A stretch of 64,000 nucleotides of DNA from Coriobacteriia bacterium (GTDB taxonomy: Bacteria; Actinomycetota; Coriobacteriia; Coriobacteriales; Eggerthellaceae): assembly GCA_030523425.1 (NCBI GenBank), contig JAUNIP010000003.1:11245-75244 (forward strand), in the 5' to 3' direction. The notes beneath the pieces are model-generated. The model was not told where the DNA came from. It saw only the letters and a program-made list of their open reading frames with translations, and did not search any database. The translations under genes and the position numbers were made by a program. Positions 8,319-15,555 of the stretch are shown here, piece after piece (position 1 is the stretch's first letter; every line of letters begins with the position of its first letter).

Positions 8319-10072
8319 GCCTGACTATCAATGGCACGGCCGTGCAGGTGGCGGAAGGTACCACTATTCTGGATGCGGCCCGCCAACTGGGTATTTACAT
8401 TCCCACCTTGTGTTACTTCGAAGACTTGAACGCCGTGGGCGCGTGCCGCGTGTGCTGCGTGGAAGTGGAAGGCAGCGAACGCTTGGAGGCCGCCTGCAAC
8501 ACGCCGGTGCGCGAAGGCATGGTGGTGCTCACGAATTCGCCGAAGGCCCAAGCGGCGCGGCGCACCAACGCGGAACTGATTGCTTCCACCCACACCTTCG
8601 ATTGTGTAAGCTGCCACCGCAACGGCACCTGCGTGCTGCAGAAGGTGTTGGACTATTGTGGCGTTGACGGTGCAAAGGTGGCTTTTGACGCCTTGGCGCC
8701 CAGTCCGCGCCGACGCGAATGGCCGGCCGCCGCGCCCATCCAGCGCGACGCCGCCAAGTGTGTGCAATGCGGACGCTGCGTGGCGGCGTGCGGCAAGCTG
8801 CAAGGCATTGGCGTGTGGCGCTTCCGCGGCACAGGCGCGCATTCCCGCATAGCGGTTGACCAGGATAAACCCATGTTCGCGGAAGGCTGCATAGCGTGCG
8901 GCCAATGCATCACGCACTGCCCGGTGGGCGCGCTTTCCGAACGGGATGACCTGGCGCGCATGATGGAAGCCATCCGCAACCCCGAAGTTACCACGGTGGT
9001 GCAGATTGCGCCCGCCACGCGCACAGCGTGGGCTTCCGTGTTCGGCGCGGAAACGGGCCAGCTGAGCGTGGAACGCATGGCCGCGTGCCTGAAGCAGCTG
9101 GGTGTGGACTACGTGTTCGACACCAGTTTCAGCGCCGATCTGACCATCATGGAAGAAGGCACCGAACTGCTCAACATTGTGAAGACGGGCGAAACCGACA
9201 AGCTGCCGCTGTTCACCAGCTGCTGTCCCGGCTGGGTGAACCATGCTGTGAACCTGGGTCCGCAGGTGGCGGGGCATCTTTCCACCGCGAAAAGCCCCAT
9301 GCAGATGTTCGGTTCGCTGGTGAAAACGTGGTGGGCGCAAAAGATGGGCTTAGACCCCGCGCACATTTTCAGCGTGGCGCTTATGCCGTGCACCGCCAAG
9401 AAGAATGAATGCAAGGTGCCGGGCATGCAGGCCAATGAAGGCATCTATGACATGGATGCGTCCCTGACCACGCGCGAATTCGCCCGCATGGTGAAAGCAG
9501 CGGGCCTCAACCCCTTGGCTTTAGAAGACGTGCCGCTGGACAATCCGCTGGGCACGGCCACGGGCGCGGGTGTGATCTTCGGCATCACCGGCGGCGTGAT
9601 GGAAGCGGCGCTGCGCAGCGCGTACTACTTCATGACGGGCGAAAAGCCTGACCCGGACGGCTTTGTGTTTGAGCCGGCCGGCGAAGGGCGCCCTTGGACG
9701 GAAGCCACGTTTGACCTGGCAGGCACGCCCGTGCGGTGCGCAGTGGTGCACAGCCTGGCCAAGGCCGACCAGCTGATTGCGGCGTGGCAGGCAGGCGAAG
9801 TTGACTACGACTTCGTGGAAGTGATGGCCTGCCCCGGCGGGTGCGCGGGCGGCGGCGGACAACCCATAGACGGCAGCGACCGCGAGTGCGCGGCCGAACG
9901 CGGCGCGGTGTTGCGCACGCTAGACCAAACGGCCTACCCGCTGCGCTTCAGCCACGAAAACCCCGTGATAGAAACGGTGTATGCCGAATTCTACGGGCAA
10001 CCCTGCTCCGAAGTGTCCGAACGCTACCTGCACGTCCACGAACGCCAACAGCCTTTCGCGCCTGTGAGCTAG
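8312..10072 (+). CDS. hydA: [FeFe]-hydrogenase catalytic subunit (M3-type: 2Fe-2S plus accessory 4Fe-4S clusters plus H-cluster)
   Basis: N-terminal 2Fe-2S ferredoxin-like CYFEDLNAVGACRVCCVEV. Ferredoxin motifs CVQCGRCVAAC and CIACGQCITHCP. H-cluster signatures TSCCPGW, MPCTAKKNE and EVMACPGGCAGGGGQP. First in-frame ATG at 8312 overlaps the upstream stop. Confidence 0.9.
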   Translation: MVSLTINGTAVQVAEGTTILDAARQLGIYIPTLCYFEDLNAVGACRVCCVEVEGSERLEAACNTPVREGMVVLTNSPKAQAARRTNAELIASTHTFDCVSCHRNGTCVLQKVLDYCGVDGAKVAFDALAPSPRRREWPAAAPIQRDAAKCVQCGRCVAACGKLQGIGVWRFRGTGAHSRIAVDQDKPMFAEGCIACGQCITHCPVGALSERDDLARMMEAIRNPEVTTVVQIAPATRTAWASVFGAETGQLSVERMAACLKQLGVDYVFDTSFSADLTIMEEGTELLNIVKTGETDKLPLFTSCCPGWVNHAVNLGPQVAGHLSTAKSPMQMFGSLVKTWWAQKMGLDPAHIFSVALMPCTAKKNECKVPGMQANEGIYDMDASLTTREFARMVKAAGLNPLALEDVPLDNPLGTATGAGVIFGITGGVMEAALRSAYYFMTGEKPDPDGFVFEPAGEGRPWTEATFDLAGTPVRCAVVHSLAKADQLIAAWQAGEVDYDFVEVMACPGGCAGGGGQPIDGSDRECAAERGAVLRTLDQTAYPLRFSHENPVIETVYAEFYGQPCSEVSERYLHVHERQQPFAPVS

Positions 10073-10195
10073 CGCTTGCGGCAACAAGTGACCGATGGGC
10101 GCAAAAAGATGACAAGGTGCATTCACCGCTTGAAACCGCCCCAGGTATGTGCAACATTGGCTTAAGAGGCGCGATGGGCTTACCGCGCCGGAAGG

Positions 10196-11120
10196 TTTAG
10201 GGCAAGAAATGAAGGCAGAAGGCTTGGGGTTTGGGCCTCGCCTTCAACGATGCGCGCTTGTGTCATTCCGCCCGGAGGCCCCGCAGGGTCCGGAGTGGAG
10301 GAATCTACTCCGGAGCATGGTCTGCTCCCATTGGGCGAACGCGCGAGCCGCACCTAAGGTGCTGCGCTGGGGCTATTAGGGCAAAGAAAAGAAGGGCAAG
10401 CTGCTTGGGCCGGGACCCTCGCCTTCGGCGATGCGGGCGGACCCGGCCTGCGGCAGCCTGCTGCGGCCGCGGAGGGCCCGCGCGTTGTGTGAACGACGAA
10501 ACGCCCGATTTCGTCGTTCACACAATGAAAAACGGCCCATTTTCGCGTTGTGTGAACGACGAAGGGGTTCCCGCCCTTCGGCGCGCTGCCCAGCCCGGAA
10601 TGCTTTGCGAAACGCCCGCCTTTCTGACCTGGGGTTTCTCAAGCGCCGCCGAAGGGTTCGCCCCTTTCGTCGTTCACACAACAAACCGTGAAGGGCCAAA
10701 CTTGCGCCCGTCGTGCTCTTTCGGGCCCCTTTCGTCGTTCACACAACGCCTAAAAGGCCCGAAAAACATTGTGTGAACGACGAAAACGGCCGTTTCGTCG
10801 TTCACACAATGAAGGCGGGTCGTCACGGCCCCTGGGGGACTGCCCCCGCAAGCTGAAGGCGGGTCGTCACGGTCCCTGGGGGACTGCCCCCGCAAGCAAG
10901 GGCTCGCCCGCGGCGCGAAGCGAGGGCATAGGGCCCAAGCCTCCTACCCTTCTTTTCCTAGCCTAATAGCCCCAGCGTAGCGCCCTGGGTGCGCCTCATG
11001 CGTTCGCCCAATACAAGCGGTCCGCGCTTCGGGCTAGATTTCTTCGCTTCAACCCTGCGGCCTTCAGCCGAAATGGCACTGGCGTGTGCTTTCCGTCTCA
11101 CTCCGCTCGGAATGCCATGA
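10196..11120. repeat. Nested palindromic repeat locus 1 (outer modules, arms, inner hairpin boxes); boundaries approximate
   Basis: Outer module 10271-10378 reappears reverse-complemented at ~10963-11075. Arm TTAGGGCAA..GAAGG..CTTGGG..CTCGCCTTC occurs at ~10196-10255 and 10376-10440, and reverse-complemented at ~10900-10962. Box TGTGTGAACGACGAA is forward at 10486, 10549 and 10770, and reverse at 10510, 10666, 10731 and 10794. Confidence 0.8.
10811..10898. repeat. 44-bp tandem duplication inside repeat locus 1
   Basis: GAAGGCGGGTCGTCACGG(C/T)CCCTGGGGGACTGCCCCCGCAAGC(T/A) occurs twice back to back (10811-10854 and 10855-10898), differing at two positions. Confidence 0.9.
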
Positions 11121-11248
11121 GTGCGCGCTATCACTAGTGCAAGGTCATTTTTTGGCTTAGGGCGCACATGCGCAGGATGGCGGCTATGCGACGGGGGCTT
11201 TCTTGGCAGCCGCTTGCCACGCTGAAGAGCTTGTTTCACGCTAAGTTG

Positions 11249-12340
11249 TTAGGCGTCCAGGCTTACTAAGCGGTATTCGCGGCTGCCTAGGCCAATTTCG
11301 GCAGCGTGTTGCAGCGTCAGCAGGCCGTTGCGGCTTTCTATGCGCTGCACCACCGCGGCGCCATCGTCGGCGGCGTACACTAAGTCAACGCAGGCCTGGT
11401 CTACGGCCACAGGGTCGGTGCTGGCCAAGATGCCCACGTCGGCCATGGTGGGCTCGGCAGGATTGCCGTCGCAGTCGCAGTCCACGGAAATGCGGTTCAT
11501 CACGTTCACGTACACTATGCGATCACCCAGCTGGTCAGCCACGGCTTTGGACGCTTCAGCCATGGATTCCAGGAAGGCGTCTTGGTCGGCGCCCCAGTTG
11601 AGCGATCCGTACGTGCCGCCGTTGTGAATGAGAGCCTTGCCTTCCGAAGACGCAATGCCAATGGAGCAGTTCTTCACGGCACCGCCGAAGCCGCCCATGG
11701 CGTGGCCCTTGAAGTGCGCCAAGCTTACCCATGAATCATAGTTGGAAAAATGGGCGCCCACCAGGTCTTCCGTCAGGTGCTTGCCACCTGTCACCGGCAG
11801 GCTCATGCTGCCGTCCGCATCCATAATGTCCACTTCGGCGAACGCAGTGAAGCCGTGGTCGGCGGCGGTTTTCAGGTGCTTTTCGGTGGTGTTGCGGTTG
11901 CCGCCGTAGGCAGTGTTGCATTCCACGATGGTGCCGGAAAGGCCCTTCACGAAGTCGCCCACCAGGCTGGCGCGCAGGTAATTGCTGTTGGTGCCTTCGC
12001 CGGTGGACACCTTCACGGCTACTTTGCCAGTGGGGGTGAAGCCCAAGGCGTCGTAGGCGGCCTGCAGGCCGGCGGGGGTGATAGCGGTGGTCATGTACAC
12101 GGCAGGCGCCGATGAACTGGTGGTTTCGTGTTCCAGCTTGGAATGCGAAGCTGCAGCGTTGGTGGTGTTGGCGTTGGCGGCGGTATTGGTGTTCGCAGCG
12201 TTGGTGGCGTTGCCGGCGGCATTGGAGTTGCCGGGCGCCGCTTCGCCTGCGCAGCCTGCCAGCCCGCTTACTGCCACGGTTGCGGCAGCTCCTGCCATCA
12301 CGCCCAAAAATGCACGCCTGTCCATCTTCGAATCTTGCAT
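11249..12340 (-). CDS. TAT/lipobox-exported DUF362-like protein
   Basis: N-terminus MDRRAFLGVMAGAAATVAVSGLAGCAG (twin-arginine-like motif plus lipobox), then an Asn/Ala/Thr-rich linker. The body carries LAHFKGHAMGGFGGAVKNCSIG and a CDCDG motif, reminiscent of DUF362. Family assignment is from memory. Confidence 0.6.
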   Translation of the reverse strand: MQDSKMDRRAFLGVMAGAAATVAVSGLAGCAGEAAPGNSNAAGNATNAANTNTAANANTTNAAASHSKLEHETTSSSAPAVYMTTAITPAGLQAAYDALGFTPTGKVAVKVSTGEGTNSNYLRASLVGDFVKGLSGTIVECNTAYGGNRNTTEKHLKTAADHGFTAFAEVDIMDADGSMSLPVTGGKHLTEDLVGAHFSNYDSWVSLAHFKGHAMGGFGGAVKNCSIGIASSEGKALIHNGGTYGSLNWGADQDAFLESMAEASKAVADQLGDRIVYVNVMNRISVDCDCDGNPAEPTMADVGILASTDPVAVDQACVDLVYAADDGAAVVQRIESRNGLLTLQHAAEIGLGSREYRLVSLDA

Positions 12341-12449
12341 GTTGGCCCCTTTTGCCTCAGGTTGCTGTGTCTGTAGTTTACCTTAAACGAAAGGACACTT
12401 GCTGTGCGTGGTATTATTGCAAAATCAAGCTAGTCAGAAAGGACTCGCC

Positions 12450-12917
12450 ATGAGCAAGGAACTGGTCGCCTACTTCAGCGCTTCCGGCGTTACCGCGCGC
12501 AAAGCCGCCATGCTGGCTAAAGAAGCCGGCGCGGACCTGTACGAAATCAAGCCCGCCGTGCCCTACACGCATGCCGACCTGGACTGGAACGATGGTAGCT
12601 CGCGTTCCAGCGTGGAGTGCAGCAATGATGCAAGCCGTCCTGCCCTGGCTGACACAGACGCCAACATTGCGGCATACGACGTCATCTATCTGGGCTTTCC
12701 CATTTGGTGGTACAAAGCTCCTATGATCATCAACACCTTCTTGGAAGCATACGACTTCGCGGGCAAGCGCGTGGTGCTGTTCGCTACCAGCGGCGGCAGC
12801 GGCTTGGGCAGCAGCGCTAGCAAGCTGCAGGTCAGCGCCCCCGGGGCCACCATCGTGGACGGTGGAATGGCCAACAGCAACAAGTTCGCCAGCATTATTG
12901 CCCAGGCCCGCGCGTAA
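12450..12917 (+). CDS. Flavodoxin-family protein
   Basis: ATG at 12450 after [26 protein letters not shown]..., then [19 protein letters not shown] and [11 protein letters not shown], typical of the WrbA/flavodoxin_4-like family. Confidence 0.8.
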   Translation: MSKELVAYFSASGVTARKAAMLAKEAGADLYEIKPAVPYTHADLDWNDGSSRSSVECSNDASRPALADTDANIAAYDVIYLGFPIWWYKAPMIINTFLEAYDFAGKRVVLFATSGGSGLGSSASKLQVSAPGATIVDGGMANSNKFASIIAQARA

Positions 12918-13045
12918 CCCGCGCGCAGCTTGGTGCGCGGGCTTCGGCTGCAGGAAACTTTACGCAAATCTAACAACCCTGGCCTGGCATCCAAGCGCAA
13001 TAGGCTAGCATGGTGCGGACGGCAGTTTTTTCGAAAGGAGCCAAC

Positions 13046-13357
13046 ATGTTCATTTCAACCACTGACATCATTCCTGGACGGAACTACCAGATTATCGGCC
13101 TGGTGCGCGGCAACGTGGCCTACAGCAAGCACTTCGGCCGCGACATTATGGCCGGGTTCAAAAACCTTGCCGGCGGCGAAATTAAGTCCTACACCGACAT
13201 GGTCAGCGAGGCGCGCAACATCGCCGAAGAGCGCATGGTGCAAGAAGCCCAGCGCGTAGGCGCCGACGCTGTGATTGCCACGCGCATGATGAACGACACC
13301 GTGACCGAAGCCACCATCGAAGTGGTGGTGTACGGCACCGCCGTGAAGTTTGTGTAG
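13046..13357 (+). CDS. YbjQ/UPF0145-family protein
   Basis: ATG at 13046 after AAAGGAG. MFISTTDIIPGRNYQIIGLVRGNV...GGEIKSYTDMVSEARNIAEERMVQEAQRVGADAVIATRM... matches the YbjQ family pattern. Confidence 0.8.
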   Translation: MFISTTDIIPGRNYQIIGLVRGNVAYSKHFGRDIMAGFKNLAGGEIKSYTDMVSEARNIAEERMVQEAQRVGADAVIATRMMNDTVTEATIEVVVYGTAVKFV

Positions 13358-13380
13358 AGCACGCGAAACCGGCGAGACCA

Positions 13381-13407
13381 ACGGGGCCTGCGGGCCCCGT
13401 TTTCGTT
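13381..13407 (+). terminator. Rho-independent terminator
   Basis: ACGGGGCC-TGCG-GGCCCCGT stem-loop followed by TTTCGTT, 24 nt after the stop at 13357. Confidence 0.6.
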
Positions 13408-13525
13408 ATGCCCTGTTTTCCCGAGATGTCCCGAAATTTCGTACACCCAACGGTGTGCGCGGCGAAAGCACGTTACAATAAGCGTGCGCCCATGCGCATT
13501 TCGCCACACAAGCAAGGAGGCCCCA

Positions 13526-14503
13526 ATGTCCGGCAACGCAAACGGCAAGCTGAGAGTGCTTTACATCATGCAGATGCTGCAGGAAGAAACCGACGAAGAG
13601 CATGGCCTGTCCATGACCACCCTTATCAAGCGGCTGCGGGCAAAGGGTCTGCCGGTAGATAGGAAAACGGTCTATACCGATTTCGCAACCCTGCGTGAAT
13701 TCGGCTTCGTCATCAACACCTACCAGCGCAACCCGGTGGAATACGCCTTGGCGAACAGGGATTTCAGCTTGGACGAGCTGACACTTCTGGTGGACGCCGT
13801 GGGGTCGTGCCGCTTCATCACGCAAACGCAGGTTGACCGGCTGCAGCGCAAGCTGCGTGACTTGGCCAGCGAATCTCAGCGCGAAAAGCTTACGGGCCGC
13901 ATCCACGTGGATGGCCGTGTGCGTGGTCGCGGTGACCGCACGCTGAAAAACGTAGACATCATCCACGAAGCCATGCGTGTGGGCGAAAAGGTGTCGTTCA
14001 CCTATTGGAAGCTGGGGTCGGACGGCAAGTGGCACCCCCAAGGCGAAGGCAAAACCTACGTGGTGACCCCCGTGCACATCACGTTCAGCGACACGTTCTA
14101 TTACTTGACCGCTTGGAGCGACGCTGACCAGCAGATACGCGAATATCGCTTGGACCGCATGCGTGACGTGCGCGCGAACGGCCAGCCTGCGGTCAGCCGC
14201 AAGGAAATTGCCGAACATGTGGACACTGCGTGCGACACCCAGTATTTCAACCGCTTCGACGGCGAGCTGGTAACGCTTACGCTGAAGGTGGACGAAGACC
14301 TGGTAGGCGCCGTGTGGGACCGCTTCGGCGCTGACGCCGACATTGCGCCTGCGAAGAAGGGTGCCACGGCGCGCGTGAAGGTGCGTGTGAGCTCGCAGTT
14401 CTTTGGGTGGCTGGCCGGCCTGGGCGGCAAGGTGACCGTGCAGTCCCCCAAGCGCGTGGCCACTCAATACACAGATTACCTGCGCAGCCTGCTGGGGGAA
14501 TGA
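13526..14503 (+). CDS. WYL-domain transcriptional regulator (HTH plus WYL)
   Basis: ATG at 13526 after AAGGAGG. N-terminal wHTH LRVLYIMQMLQEETDEEHGLSMTTLIKRLRAKGLPVDRKTVYTDFATL. WYL-type core VSFTYWKL...TFYYLTAWSDADQQIREYRLDRMRDV. Confidence 0.8.
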   Translation: MSGNANGKLRVLYIMQMLQEETDEEHGLSMTTLIKRLRAKGLPVDRKTVYTDFATLREFGFVINTYQRNPVEYALANRDFSLDELTLLVDAVGSCRFITQTQVDRLQRKLRDLASESQREKLTGRIHVDGRVRGRGDRTLKNVDIIHEAMRVGEKVSFTYWKLGSDGKWHPQGEGKTYVVTPVHITFSDTFYYLTAWSDADQQIREYRLDRMRDVRANGQPAVSRKEIAEHVDTACDTQYFNRFDGELVTLTLKVDEDLVGAVWDRFGADADIAPAKKGATARVKVRVSSQFFGWLAGLGGKVTVQSPKRVATQYTDYLRSLLGE

Positions 14504-14513
14504 TGCGCCCGTG

Positions 14514-14563
14514 CCCGGAGCCGCCGTAGGCGGCGGAGTGAAGAAATCTAGCCCGAAAGCTGG
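14514..14563. repeat. Solo fragment of the outer repeat module seen at loci 1 and 2
   Basis: CCCGGAGCCGCCGTAGGCGGCGGAGTGAAGAAATCTAGCCCGAAAGCTGG aligns with 10270-10319. It shares an identical 18-mer, GAAGAAATCTAGCCCGAA, with the reverse complement of ~11030-11055. Confidence 0.5.
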
Positions 14564-14607
14564 TTATTCTGCCCTATGAAACATAAACGTTGTTGAAAGG
14601 AGTTCTC

Positions 14608-15540
14608 ATGGTTCTTGCAAGCATTGTGGTTGTTTTACTGATTCTGATTGTCATTTTCGGCGTGTACGTGGTGCAGCAGCAGACGGTGGTCATCATCGAA
14701 CGCCTGGGCAAGTTTCACCGCATTGTTAGCCCCGGCATCCACGTGCGCATTCCGCTGATCGACGTGATTGCCAAGCGCGTGGACCTGCGCACCAGCCAAG
14801 CGGTGTTCAAAATTGACGCGAAAACCAAAGACAACGTGACCGTGACCATGGAAATTGCGGCCCAGTACCACGTGAGCGCCATCAACGGCACTTCGCCGCA
14901 GGAATCGGGCGCCTACCGCAGCTTTTACATGCTGACCAACCCCGTGGAGCAGATGACCAGCTACCTGATTGACGCCCTGCGCAGCGCCATTCCCAACTAC
15001 GACCTGGACTCCGTGTTCGCTGCGAAAGACTCCATTGCCAGCGAAGCGAATGCCACCGTGGCCGAGATGATGCAGGGCTACGGCTTCGACCTGGTAAGCA
15101 CGCTGATTACCAGCATCATCTTGCCGCGCGAAGTGGAAGCGTCCATGAACAAGATCAATTCCGCCCAGCGCGAACAGGTGGCCGCGCAAAGCTTGGCTGA
15201 AGCCGAGCGTATCAAGGTGGTCACCGAAGCGAAGGCGTCTGCCGAAGCCATGGAGCAGGCCGGCCGCGGCATTGCCGCCCAGCGCAAGGCCATTGCCGAC
15301 GGCATTGCCGATTCGCTGGAAACCATCAAGCAGTCCGGCGTTTCTTCGGCTGAGGCTAACCAGCTGTTCTTGTACACCCAATGGTGCGACATGATGGAAA
15401 AGTTCGCCCGCAACGGCAACCAGTCCACCATCGTGCTGCCCAGCGACTTCCGCGAAAGCGCTTCCATGTTCGAACAGATGCTGATAGCCAACTCCGCCAA
15501 AGATGACCTGGACGGCCTGACGTTTGAGATTTCGGAGTAG
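14608..15540 (+). CDS. SPFH/band-7 (stomatin/prohibitin-like) membrane protein
   Basis: ATG at 14608 after AAAGGAG. N-terminal TM helix, then VVIIERLGKFHRIVSPGIHVRIPLIDVIAKRVDLRT and an Ala/Glu-rich coiled C-terminal region, which is the classic SPFH layout. Confidence 0.85.
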   Translation: MVLASIVVVLLILIVIFGVYVVQQQTVVIIERLGKFHRIVSPGIHVRIPLIDVIAKRVDLRTSQAVFKIDAKTKDNVTVTMEIAAQYHVSAINGTSPQESGAYRSFYMLTNPVEQMTSYLIDALRSAIPNYDLDSVFAAKDSIASEANATVAEMMQGYGFDLVSTLITSIILPREVEASMNKINSAQREQVAAQSLAEAERIKVVTEAKASAEAMEQAGRGIAAQRKAIADGIADSLETIKQSGVSSAEANQLFLYTQWCDMMEKFARNGNQSTIVLPSDFRESASMFEQMLIANSAKDDLDGLTFEISE

Positions 15541-15555
15541 GGGAGCGCCGCAGCT

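Noticed and set aside
10231-10776. ORFs lying inside the repeat loci (10231..10776, 10376..10699, 53112..53750 and similar)
   Set aside because: They are composed of repeat and hairpin sequence, are Arg/Pro/Gly-rich as expected for random GC-rich frames, lack RBSs, and overlap each other on both strands.
10486-10808. Possible CRISPR array, because a 15-nt word recurs seven times
   Set aside because: The copies occur in both orientations as hairpin partners. Spacing is irregular (9 to ~100 nt). The unit is too short for a CRISPR repeat, and no cas genes are nearby.
12918-12950. Hairpin CCCGCGC...GCGCGGG after the flavodoxin gene as a terminator
   Set aside because: The stem is short with a long loop, and no T-tract follows. 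Not reported as a feature.
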